Part shown: one piece after another, positions 1 to 8,139 of the stretch
Layout of the letters: each line of letters starts with the position of its first letter
How positions within the stretch are numbered: position 1 is the stretch's first letter
Assembly (NCBI GenBank): GCA_003009755.1
Contig: PXUB01000041.1
Coordinates: 1-56,748 of the forward strand
Length of the DNA stretch: 56,748 nucleotides
Reading direction: 5' to 3'
From: Thermoplasmatales archaeon SW_10_69_26
Lineage (GTDB): Archaea > Thermoplasmatota > SW-10-69-26
Position numbers and translations under genes: made by a program
Notes under the pieces: generated by a model
The model's input: the letters and a program-made list of their open reading frames with translations, nothing else
Databases searched by the model: none
Told to the model about the DNA's origin: nothing

Positions 1-256
1 CGTGGTCGACGAGGTCGGCCGTCCACTGGTGCAACAGGGCCCGCGTGGGGACGACGACCAGCGCGCGCTGGTTGCCGGCGCGGGCCCACTCGATCGCGCC
101 CAACCCGACCAGCGTCTTGCCGGTCCCGGTCGCCATGTGCGCGATGCCGCGCCCGCCGCGGTCCACGAACGACCGCAGCGCCTTGCGCTGGTAGGGCCGC
201 AGCCCGAGCTCGGTCTCGATCCGGGCTAGGGCCGTCTGTGGCGGCTCCTCGTGCAC
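1..256 (-). CDS. Superfamily 2 DEAD/DEAH-box helicase (XPB/Rad25/SSL2-like), N-terminal part, runs off the window edge
   Basis: Not in ORF track. Manual translation of the minus strand from GTG at 256: VHEEPPQTALARIETELGLRPYQRKALRSFVDRGGRGIAHMATGTGKTLVGLGAIEWARAGNQRALVVVPTRALLHQW. Shows LRPYQ Q-motif, Walker A ATGTGKT and motif Ia VVPTRAL. Confidence 0.85.
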   Translation of the reverse strand, partial: MHEEPPQTALARIETELGLRPYQRKALRSFVDRGGRGIAHMATGTGKTLVGLGAIEWARAGNQRALVVVPTRALLHQWTADLVDH

Positions 257-332
257 CTTGCGCGCCGGCACGCCAGGGCCATCTCCCGTGGGGCTTATCA
301 GGGCATCGGACCCTGCCGAAGTCCCCCCGGGA

Positions 333-1907
333 CTACGAGGCGGTTACGCCGTAGAGCCGGTCGGCGTCGCCTCGGTTGCTGTTGGACTGGAGGAACCCGA
401 GCTCGTCGATCTCCTCCGAGTGCGGGCCCTGGTAGTCGAGCACGTAGAGCCCGTTGCGCGCATCGACGACGTAGATCAGGCCGTCCTGGACGACGGGGTA
501 GCTCCACATCGCGACCTTGTAGGGGCCCTGGGTGCCCGGCGGGTACTCCTGCGTCACGGCAGGGATCGGTCGGGGCCGGAAGTTGCCCACCTGCTCGGGG
601 GCGGTCGGGTCCGTGGTGTCGACGACGACGAGGCCGCCCGCGAACCAGCTGTTGACGGCCAGGTGCTCGGTGACCAGGGGCGTGTGCGACGAGAACGTCG
701 TCGTGTTCGAAGCCAGCGGACCCTCCGCCGACTCACAGAAGGCCTCCGTGTTCTCCGCCGTCTTGAACGAGGAGAGCACCTCGGGATCGGCGGGGTCCGT
801 CACGTCGATGGCTCTGGCCCACGTCCAGGGGCAGCCGACCGTCAGCCGCTCGAACCCGGCGATCGTCGGGATCTTGGCGTACTCACCGAAGGACTCGTCC
901 GTCGTCCAGACGACGTCCCGGCCGGGGACCTTGAGTGCGCTGTGGGCCCCGGGACCCGACCAGTCAGCCCGGTTCTCGACAGGCGTGACCAGCCCCATCT
1001 CGGGATCGAGCACCCCAGCGGCCACCTCGCTCGTGTCGAGGACCAGGAACCCGCCCTCCCAGTGCGCCAGGTACGCGCGCTGACCATCGGGGTGCACGGA
1101 GAGCGAGTGCAACCAGTGAGGGATCGGCTCCTCGGGTTCCCAGTCCGCGATCTCGACGACATCACCGCCGTCGGGGACCTCGGAGACGTCGGCGACCACG
1201 ATGTCCGCCTCGCCCCCTTGCATCGATTGGTACAACAGGGCTCGCTGGGGATCAGCGGGATCGATCCACAGGTGGAATTCGTGCGGCTGGGCCCGGGGCA
1301 CGTAGGTCGTCACGTGTTCCGGGTCGGCGGCGTTGTCCCCGGAGACGTCGTAGATCTCGATGTCCGGGGTCGGCGAGGCTCCCTCCGTGTTGTAGCACCC
1401 GTGCGCGACCGCCTCGCACTTCAGATTCATGACGAAGAGGAGCCCCGCGTCCGGCCACACGCGGAGCTCCGGGCTGCTCAACCCGTGCTCGGCCTGGTGC
1501 GGCTGGCCGATCCGGTCGACGACCGTGGGATCGGAGGGGTCACTGACGTCGACCACGAGCACGCCGGCTTTCTCGTGGGTTCCGTCCGCGCGGAAACCCA
1601 CGTAGGCGTGGTCCCCGGAGAGAGCCACGTTCGTGTTCGAGCCCCGGAACTCCAGTGGGGTGTGACCCACGAGTTCGAGGTTCTCGGCCTCCTGCGTCAC
1701 GGGTAGCGCCGGCTTTTCGGCAGCCAGGGGACCGGGCAAGAGAGCCGCGATCGGCTCGTCGGCTTCGGCGTCCAGCGAAGATGGCGTCTCAGTCTGCGTG
1801 GGATCCGGGGGAACGTGGGCCCCTGCCAGCCCAAGCGCCACGACCGCGGCTACGCATCCCAGACCCACAAGGCTCCAGATCCGAGCGTCCCTAGCTCTGC
1901 CTCCCAT
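333..1907 (-). CDS. Secreted LVIVD-repeat beta-propeller protein
   Basis: N-terminal hydrophobic signal; repeated GVLVVDVSDPSDP / GGFLVLDTS / GGLVVVDTTDPTAP motifs; ENLELVGH start of propeller. Confidence 0.8.
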   Translation of the reverse strand: MGGRARDARIWSLVGLGCVAAVVALGLAGAHVPPDPTQTETPSSLDAEADEPIAALLPGPLAAEKPALPVTQEAENLELVGHTPLEFRGSNTNVALSGDHAYVGFRADGTHEKAGVLVVDVSDPSDPTVVDRIGQPHQAEHGLSSPELRVWPDAGLLFVMNLKCEAVAHGCYNTEGASPTPDIEIYDVSGDNAADPEHVTTYVPRAQPHEFHLWIDPADPQRALLYQSMQGGEADIVVADVSEVPDGGDVVEIADWEPEEPIPHWLHSLSVHPDGQRAYLAHWEGGFLVLDTSEVAAGVLDPEMGLVTPVENRADWSGPGAHSALKVPGRDVVWTTDESFGEYAKIPTIAGFERLTVGCPWTWARAIDVTDPADPEVLSSFKTAENTEAFCESAEGPLASNTTTFSSHTPLVTEHLAVNSWFAGGLVVVDTTDPTAPEQVGNFRPRPIPAVTQEYPPGTQGPYKVAMWSYPVVQDGLIYVVDARNGLYVLDYQGPHSEEIDELGFLQSNSNRGDADRLYGVTAS

Positions 1908-1992
1908 CCAGGATCCACTCGGCTCAGACCCTGGGACTATGTCAAGGTTTCGCAGGGAGGGTCTTGGACGGTTCGAGACTCGACCCTCGATC

Positions 1993-2304
1993 CTACCGCT
2001 CGTCGAGCGGGATCCGCCGCTCCCGCCCGCAGGCCTCGCAGACCGTTGTCACCGAACCGCCCTGGATCCGCACGCGGGCCGTCCGGTCCGGGACGAGGTA
2101 GGCCTTGCAGCTTCGGCACACACGCTGCTTGAGCTCGTCGCTGGCTTCCAGCTCGTACCGGGTCGTCAACCGCCAGGCCAGCTCGCCGTAGCGGTCCGCA
2201 TCCGGCAACCGGTCGGCCAGGGCTGCCTCTCGCGCCAGGTCCAACAGCTCGGAGCGGCGCCGGCGGGCGACCTCGGCGTGGGACTTGCGGCAGCGGTCGG
2301 CCAC
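1993..2304 (-). CDS. rnp4: Ribonuclease P protein component 4 (Rpp21)
   Basis: 103 aa; ADRYGELAWRL, KQRVCRSC...LVP...RVR...CEACGRERRIP zinc-ribbon pattern typical of Rpp21. Confidence 0.9.
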   Translation of the reverse strand: MADRCRKSHAEVARRRRSELLDLAREAALADRLPDADRYGELAWRLTTRYELEASDELKQRVCRSCKAYLVPDRTARVRIQGGSVTTVCEACGRERRIPLDER

Positions 2305-2365
2305 GACGGTGGGAGAGGGGTCCGGGGGAAAAACGGTTCGGCGGGGCGACGGCGTTCGCGGACCG

Positions 2366-2690
2366 AGAGCTGCAGGGGTTCGAGACCGGCTTCGGGGCGT
2401 CTTTTGCGCCGGTCTCGAACTTCGGACGAACCCGCCTTCGCCGGTGTTTCTACGGGCGGGTTCGTCCTCGCTCTCGACCGATGCGCGTTGCTGTGCGGGT
2501 ATTGGAACTCGGGAGAAGCATCGGTCGAGAGCCGCGGGGGTTCGAGACCGGCAAGATTCACCGGCCCGTCGGTCTCGAACTTCGCACGAACGCTCATCGG
2601 CTCGGTTGCACGAGCGTTCGTGCTCGCTCTCGAAGAAGCGTGACGCTGTGATTTTAGGAGAGCTGCGGAGAAGGCTTCTTCAAGAGCCGC
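2366..2690 (-). repeat. Tandem array of two ~160-bp three-hairpin modules directly 3' of tRNA-Thr(GGU)
   Basis: Stems (plus coordinates): 2378-2390/2408-2420, 2424-2436/2455-2467, 2470-2484/2518-2532, then 2540-2552/2568-2580, 2584-2595/2612-2623, 2626-2639/2674-2687. Identical linkers TTC and TC between stems. Confidence 0.85.
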
Positions 2691-2756
2691 CCCCGAGATT
2701 TGAACCCGGGACCTCCTCCTTACCAAGGAGGTGCTCTACCACTGAGCCAGGGCGGC
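2685..2756 (-). tRNA. tRNA-Thr(GGU)
   Basis: Reverse complement GCCGCCCTGGCTCAGTGGTAGAGCACCTCC-TTGGTAA-GGAGGAGGTCCCGGGTTCAAATCTCGGGGGCGGCT folds as a cloverleaf; anticodon GGT. Confidence 0.95.
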
Positions 2757-2913
2757 TGAAGTACCGGAGCCATCCAAGGCCCCCTATTAGAGCCTTGCGA
2801 GGGTGGATGGCACGGCCCACCGTGGGAAAGCCCGCCCCCTCAGCTCTCGAACCGTAGTTCCACACCGCCCCTGTGTGAACCCGCAAACGGGCCGGACCCC
2901 TCCCGGGGGATCG

Positions 2914-3846
2914 ATGGGGTCCGCAGGCGAGCGCGACGACAGCCGCCACGCCCTCCTCTCGAAGGCCCGACCGGTCCAGCAGACGAGCGTCGAGGCCTTC
3001 GTCGGCCACCGCCACGAGAGCCGCGATCGCCCCTCTCCGCCGCGCTCGGAGTTCGGCACCTACCAGGTGAAGGAGCTCGAGGTCGACTCGGCGCTCACCG
3101 ATTGCTCGCTGCCGAGCCGCTGCTGGTCTCTGAACCCCTACACCGGGTGCTCGCACGACTGCGCCTACTGCTACGTCCCCGACGTCGCCCACCTCGAACG
3201 CGGCAACTGGGGCGACTACGTTGTGGCCAAGACCAACCTCCCCCGCAAGCTCGAGCACGAGCTCAAGACCAAGCCCCGACGCTCGGTGTTCCTCTCCTCC
3301 GCCACGGACCCCTACCAACCGGCCGAGGATCGCCACCGGATCACCCGCCGGAGCCTCGAGCTGCTCGTCCGCGAGGGATGGCCGGTTCTCATCCTCACCC
3401 GCAGCCCTCTCGTCGAGCGCGACCTCGATCTCCTCACTCAGCTCGAGGACGTCGCCGTCGGGATGTCGATCCCGACGATCGACGACGAGGCGCGCCAGGT
3501 GTTGGAACCGACGGCTCCCCCGATCGAGGGTCGGTTGAACGCGATCAGCGCCCTCGCCGACGCTGGGCTGGAACCGTTCGTCAACGTCGCCCCTGCCTAC
3601 CCCCTCACCAACGGCATCCGACCCGACGAGGTCGCCGAGGCGATCGCCGACGCCGGCGCCGCCGAGGTCTTCCTGAGCCGATGGCGCTACCTCGACGACG
3701 TCGTCCCGGTGCTCGCCGACCGCGTTGACGGATCGATCTACGGGGACTTCGTCGACGCCGTGCAGGACGAGAGCTACTACGACCGGTTGCTCGCCTCCCT
3801 GCAGGGTGCCTTTCGCCGCGCCGGCATCCCGCTGCGCCGGATGTGA
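2914..3846 (+). CDS. Radical SAM protein, SplB/Rv2578c-like (DNA-repair photolyase-related)
   Basis: SLNPYTGCSHDCAYCY (CxxxCxxC), SSATDPYQPAE, ITRRSLE, ILTRSPLVERDLDLL, LEP.APP. Start moved to ATG 2914. Confidence 0.85.
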   Translation: MGSAGERDDSRHALLSKARPVQQTSVEAFVGHRHESRDRPSPPRSEFGTYQVKELEVDSALTDCSLPSRCWSLNPYTGCSHDCAYCYVPDVAHLERGNWGDYVVAKTNLPRKLEHELKTKPRRSVFLSSATDPYQPAEDRHRITRRSLELLVREGWPVLILTRSPLVERDLDLLTQLEDVAVGMSIPTIDDEARQVLEPTAPPIEGRLNAISALADAGLEPFVNVAPAYPLTNGIRPDEVAEAIADAGAAEVFLSRWRYLDDVVPVLADRVDGSIYGDFVDAVQDESYYDRLLASLQGAFRRAGIPLRRM

Positions 3847-3913
3847 CCGATCCCCGGCCCCGGCCGGTGCCCGCAACCGCCAAGTAGGCAGGCTCCCTCG
3901 GGCGACTCGCAGC

Positions 3914-4165
3914 ATGCCGGCAGAGAACGCGGTCCAGGTCTCCGTCAGCTACCACGGCCTCGACCACGACGAGGAGACCGTCGAGGTCGAACCAGGGACC
4001 AGCTTCGACGCGTTCCTGCGCGAGCGCGACATCCACCCCGAGACCGTTCTGGTGTTCCTCGACGGCGACGTCGTGCCCGAGCAGACCGAGATCCCGCCCG
4101 AGACCGACGTGCGGATCTTGCGCATCATCTCGGGTGGGGAAGCCGACAAGCGACCGAAGCGTTGA
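3914..4165 (+). CDS. Ubiquitin-like small archaeal modifier / sulfur carrier (SAMP2/ThiS/MoaD-like) with a C-terminal extension
   Basis: 83 aa; beta-grasp pattern ...HPETVLVFLDGDVVPE...DVRILRIISGG followed by EADKRPKR. Confidence 0.8.
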   Translation: MPAENAVQVSVSYHGLDHDEETVEVEPGTSFDAFLRERDIHPETVLVFLDGDVVPEQTEIPPETDVRILRIISGGEADKRPKR

Positions 4166-4193
4166 TACCCTGGACGCTTTTCGCTGCCTTGCT

Positions 4194-4268
4194 GGTCCCG
4201 TGGTGTAGTCCGGCCAATCATGCCGGCCTTTCGAGCCAGTCACCCGGGTTCAAATCCCGGCGGGACCA
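4194..4268 (+). tRNA. tRNA-Glu(UUC)
   Basis: GGTCCCGTGGTGTAGTCCGGCCAATCATGCCGGC-CTTTCGA-GCCAGTCACCCGGGTTCAAATCCCGGCGGGACCA; archaeal Glu-type D arm, anticodon TTC at 4230-4232. Confidence 0.9.
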
Positions 4269-4377
4269 CTCGCTAACGGCCGGGATTTGAACCGACGGTT
4301 CACGAGCAAGCCCGCAGGGCTTGCGAGCCGTACGAACCGAGCGCAGTGAGGTTCGTGCCCGAATCCCGGCGGGACCA
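4269..4377 (+). mobile_element. 109-bp tRNA-3'-end-associated palindromic mini-element
   Basis: 16-bp direct repeat of the tRNA 3' end (AATCCCGGCGGGACCA at 4253-4268 and 4362-4377); 15-bp inverted copy of the T-arm at 4279-4293; internal hairpins 4306-4324 and 4330-4358. Confidence 0.7.
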
Positions 4378-4513
4378 TGACCTTCTCTTCTTTCCCACAG
4401 CTCCACCGAAGAGAAGGTCATGGGAGCACGCCTCCGAGGTCCGACGCCGGGGAGGCGTGCGAACCTGGAGACCGGCGAGCGACCCCCGAAGAGGTGGAGC
4501 GCCGCCGGTCTCC
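4375..4513 (+). repeat. Three-hairpin module (same architecture as the tRNA-Thr array)
   Basis: Stems 4375-4390/4408-4423, linker GA, 4426-4435/4451-4460, linker GAA(cct), 4467-4477/4503-4513. Confidence 0.75.
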
Positions 4514-4928
4514 CGTCCCGTCGTCTCGCGAGACCTGCACCGTTCACGTCCCTCGCGGTCCGTCCGAGGTGAGGCAAGCACGGCTGCCGTCCCATCCGTT
4601 CGTGCCCGCGAACGGAACCCTGGGCCTGACCCTGAAGCTCTCGATTGCCACGGCGGGCCCTTGGGCCCCGCCGGTCGGGCCGTCTCCCTGCCGCGGACCG
4701 ACGATCGACTCTCCCGATCCTCGTCGCAAGCGGTCCGGCCGGTGCTCATCTCCCGTCGTCTCCCCCTGCCAGCCACCGGCTAGGCCTGTGAGCGGCTTGG
4801 ACCGCATCCCCGACGCTGTCACCATTCCGAAACGCCCTAGGCCGCCGGATATCTTCGCGCCAACGCCTAACGGCGCAACGCTGCTTGCCTCTCTTGGCCC
4901 CCATACGTGGGGAGGCCAGGAGAACACC

Positions 4929-5981
4929 ATGTACCAGGCGAACCCGACCCGCCGTTCCCAACGGATCCAGCAGCCCGGGACGCAGAACCCGATCGCCCAG
5001 CCCAACCAGCCCCAACAGGGCTCCGAGACCGGCCTGGGCACGCAACAGATCCCCCAGATCGGGAACATCGCGGCCCAGCTGGCCGACCTCCAGGCCCGTC
5101 AGTCCTCCCTGGAGGCCCAGCAGGCCAACCAGCCCCAGGCTCAGCCTCAGCCGACGAGCCAGCAGCCGCAGCCGGTCCCGCTGTCCCCCATCGCTCAGCG
5201 GATCTCGCCCACGCTGCAGCCCTCGGCTCCCTCGACCAACCAACAACAGCCGACCCGACAACCGACCCAGCAGCGGACCTCGCCCATCGCCCGACAGCCG
5301 ATGCCGGGCCAGCCGGGTGTTGGCCAAGCCTCGGCACAACCCCCCGGGTTCAGCCAGCGCCCGCAATCGATCGTGGGCATCCCGATGCAAGGCCCCCGAC
5401 CGCAGCGGCGCTCGCCGATGCCCCAAGGCGGCCAGGTCTCCCCGTTCCAGGGCCCCGTGCAGCAAGGGCAACAGCAGCTGTCCCCGTTCCAGCAGGGCAT
5501 GGCCAGCCAGCAGCCGTCGATGCCCCAACCCCCGACCAGCCAGCCCCAGGGTCAGCCCAACGTCCAGCCCGTCGGCGGCCAGGGCGGGTACAGCCAGTTC
5601 GGCCAGGTCCCCGGCGTGAGCGGTCAGGCGATGCAGGGACCCCAGGCCCGCCAACAGGTCACCCGACAGCCGCCGGTCGACATCGTCGACGAGGGCGAGC
5701 ACCTGCTCGTCGAGTTCGAGATCCCCGGGGCTGAGAGGGAGCAGATCGACCTCGTGGGCCACACCAACGCGATCGAGCTGCGCGCCAAGAGCCGCCAGCC
5801 GGCCGAGGGTCGAAACCTCGTCAAAAGCGAGCGCGGCCAGGTCACCTACATGCGGTCCATCCCGCTGGGGATCGACATCGACAACGAGGAGATCGAGGCC
5901 AAGTTCGAGGACGGCATCCTGCGGGTCAAGGCCCCCAAGCGTGACCCCGAAAGCGGTCCCAACCGCGTCGAGGTCCAGTAG
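4929..5981 (+). CDS. Hsp20/alpha-crystallin protein with a long Gln/Pro-rich low-complexity N-terminus
   Basis: C-terminal PPVDIVDEGEHLLVEFEIPG...RSIPL...IEAKFEDGILRVKAPK...RVEVQ. ATG 4929 is preceded by a purine-rich GGAG site. Confidence 0.85.
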   Translation: MYQANPTRRSQRIQQPGTQNPIAQPNQPQQGSETGLGTQQIPQIGNIAAQLADLQARQSSLEAQQANQPQAQPQPTSQQPQPVPLSPIAQRISPTLQPSAPSTNQQQPTRQPTQQRTSPIARQPMPGQPGVGQASAQPPGFSQRPQSIVGIPMQGPRPQRRSPMPQGGQVSPFQGPVQQGQQQLSPFQQGMASQQPSMPQPPTSQPQGQPNVQPVGGQGGYSQFGQVPGVSGQAMQGPQARQQVTRQPPVDIVDEGEHLLVEFEIPGAEREQIDLVGHTNAIELRAKSRQPAEGRNLVKSERGQVTYMRSIPLGIDIDNEEIEAKFEDGILRVKAPKRDPESGPNRVEVQ

Positions 5982-6011
5982 GGCCGCCCGGGAGCCATCG
6001 ACGCCCAACCA

Positions 6012-6052
6012 GCGGGCCGGCGGTCTGCCGGCCCGCCTTCCTCTTCCTCCTT
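6012..6052 (+). terminator. GC hairpin followed by a pyrimidine tract after hsp20
   Basis: GCGGGCCGGC-GGTCT-GCCGGCCCGC then CTTCCTCTTCCTCCTT. Confidence 0.5.
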
Positions 6053-6298
6053 ATCGATCGTGAACCGGGCGAGCGCAGCCCATCCAGACCTACGCACAGC
6101 TAACCCACCCCCGCGTAGAAGAACCCCACGGGGCACGAAGGCAGATCAACCGCCGATGACCCCGCAACCGCCCCGCACCCCACGGGACAATCTCATCTCA
6201 GCCCTCACACGAGCAGGCTGACAACCGGTCCTCTCCCCAGGCCCGCACTGCAGCAAACGTCTCTTGGCCCTCACCACGCGGCACGAGAGAAACGGCCG

Positions 6299-6541
6299 TC
6301 ACGACGAGCCGGGTCCTAGGACACGAGCACGCTGCAGGCATGACGATCGATTCCCAGCCAGCCGACGCGCCTCGGCAAGCTTGCGATCCAATACCCCCAG
6401 ATCGGCACAGTTGCACACCTCTTCCTTCGTCAACAACCCGTACACCAGCTCGCAGGTCTTCCGCCGCGCCACAGCCATCGCCTTGCCATGATGCCCGGTC
6501 TCGGCTCTCCGTGCCTGGTACTTCGCCTTAACCGGCGGCAG
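6299..6541 (-). pseudogene. IS110-family transposase C-terminal fragment
   Basis: Manual translation: LPPVKAKYQARRAETGHHGKAMAVARRKTCELVYGLLTKEEVC...; resembles the IS110 C-terminal Y...GK...A..AVARKL...Y.LL pattern. No start codon. Confidence 0.6.
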
Positions 6542-6627
6542 CCGCGGTGGGCGTGGGAAGGAAGGCCTCAGGCAAGTATCCGACGCGGGCCAGGTCGGCC
6601 GGGATCTCGGCCCTTGCGTTCTATCTC

Positions 6628-6848
6628 TATCCTTCCAACCGCCCCCACGCCGCCGGTGCTTCCGAGCTCAGCCTGCACGGCTTCGCGTCGCCGGCGCTCT
6701 CGCTTTCCACCGGGTCGGCTTGCTCGAGCTCGGCGAGCTGCCGGCTCGCGGTCGCGTTCGCGAGGTCCGTCCTCGCCGCCGCCTGCGGGACCGCGAACGC
6801 GTCGTTGGCGTCGCGCAGCGCGCGAAGCAGCGGGGTCCGCGTGGCGAA
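6628..6848 (-). pseudogene. Degenerate winged-helix HTH fragment
   Basis: Manual translation: TPLLRALRDANDAFAVPQAAARTDLANATASRQLAELEQADPVESESAGDAKPCRLS; HTH-like spacing, no start codon. Confidence 0.35.
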
Positions 6849-7223
6849 CTAAGGTGATCGGATCCGGATCTTCGTTCGACCGACGACAACGAGCGAGCCA
6901 TCAAGGTCGGCTTCGGGCACCTCGTCGAAGAGTCGCTGGAGGGCGTGTTTCGTCTCCTCGGGCGTGGTGGGCCACACTCGCAGGCGGATCACGCCGTGGT
7001 GCTCGCTGACGGGGAAGCTTCGCTGATCGGCGAAGTCCTCGTCGAAGGTGAGGATGACGGATTCCGTCTCCTGCGCGCGGGCGTAGACCTCCTCGTCGCT
7101 TGCTCCTCCGAGGCCGAGTTCGGACGTGTGCTCGACATCCCACTCGGGTTTCGTCTTGCCTAGCCATCGCGCTATGGAGAGGGGTACGTTCTGGTCGACG
7201 AGGATGCGGAGGCTCTCAGGCAC
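6849..7223 (-). CDS. DUF5615 family PIN-like toxin (VapC45-like)
   Basis: RILVDQNVP...LGLGGASDEEV...A......ILTFDEDF...HHGVIRLR; GTG start overlaps the DUF433 stop. Confidence 0.85.
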   Translation of the reverse strand: MPESLRILVDQNVPLSIARWLGKTKPEWDVEHTSELGLGGASDEEVYARAQETESVILTFDEDFADQRSFPVSEHHGVIRLRVWPTTPEETKHALQRLFDEVPEADLDGSLVVVGRTKIRIRSP

Positions 7224-7449
7224 GGGGAACGACCCGGTCTTCGTCGACGACCTCGGAGGCGTAGTCGAGGGCGGCGGAGACGTCCTCGGGCTCGAGTTCG
7301 GGGTACTCCTGGAGGATGCCCTCACGGTCGTAGCCGCCGGCGACCATGCCGAGGATGTTGCGGACCATGATGCGGCTCCCGCGGATCGTGGGCTTGCCCC
7401 CGCAAATCTCGGGGTCTACGACGATGCGGGACTCGTCCCCTCCTGACAT
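7216..7449 (-). CDS. DUF433 antitoxin (VapB45-like)
   Basis: RIVVDPEICGGKPTIRGSRIMV..IL...AGG....ILQEYPELEPEDVSAALDYA, the canonical DUF433 signature. Confidence 0.9.
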   Translation of the reverse strand: MSGGDESRIVVDPEICGGKPTIRGSRIMVRNILGMVAGGYDREGILQEYPELEPEDVSAALDYASEVVDEDRVVPRA

Positions 7450-7989
7450 AGCTTCCAATAGGTTCTTCCTCCTACTTGGTGGCTTGGTACTTGCTCCACG
7501 GCGGCCTGGTACGTGCCGTAAAGCAGGCAAGCGTCGCTTGCGCTTCACGCCTTCAGCTCAAGAATGCCGTTTACCTGCGGGTTGGCGCCTCTGTGTTCTG
7601 AAGGCATTTCCTATGTGATCCATGGGGGTCACCGTCTTCGGGCTTGGGCTTGGGAACAGTCGATCGTGAGGGGCGGTCTCTGAGCGGCTAGAGTTGACCT
7701 AGCAAAGCTTTAGCGCACGTCTTGATGGAAACGGGTATCACCTTCGTGGGCGGACGAGTGCTGGCGGCCTGTGAGAGCTGGACGGTTGATGCCGGTTGAG
7801 ATATGATGGGCCGACGCGGAGCCGTTTCGACACGCCACGCACATAATGCTCATCTCATTCTAGGCCCTCACCCGAAACCACCGAGGGACCTCTGACCCGA
7901 CGAGACGCAGTTGAAATCGACTCGAAGAACAAACGGCGGGTTCGCCGACTTTTCTTTTGATGACAGCGCTTCATCCCGCCAGCCTCGAG

Positions 7990-8133
7990 TACCTCCTCAA
8001 AGAGGTGCGCCTCGAGGTCTTGGTAGCCGGCCTCGTTGTTCGCGATTGAGAAGGTCTCAAGGGTTGTGCCCTCCTCGTCCAAACGGTGTACAGCGCAGTG
8101 GTCTTTCCCGACGTCGATGCCTACGGAGTGGAT
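7990..8133 (-). pseudogene. IS110-family transposase N-terminal (DEDD/RuvC-like) fragment
   Basis: IHSVGIDVGKDHCAVHRLDEEGTTLETFSIANNEAGYQDL. AGGAGG RBS at 8149-8144; the expected start codon reads ATC; similarity ends after about 45 codons. Confidence 0.75.
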
Positions 8134-8139
8134 GGGGGG

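Noticed and set aside
2366-2690. CRISPR array or hammerhead ribozyme array
   Set aside because: No identical direct repeats with regular spacers and no cas genes. The GA-stem-GAA junction recalls a hammerhead core, but the CUGANGA and GAAA/UH elements are absent.
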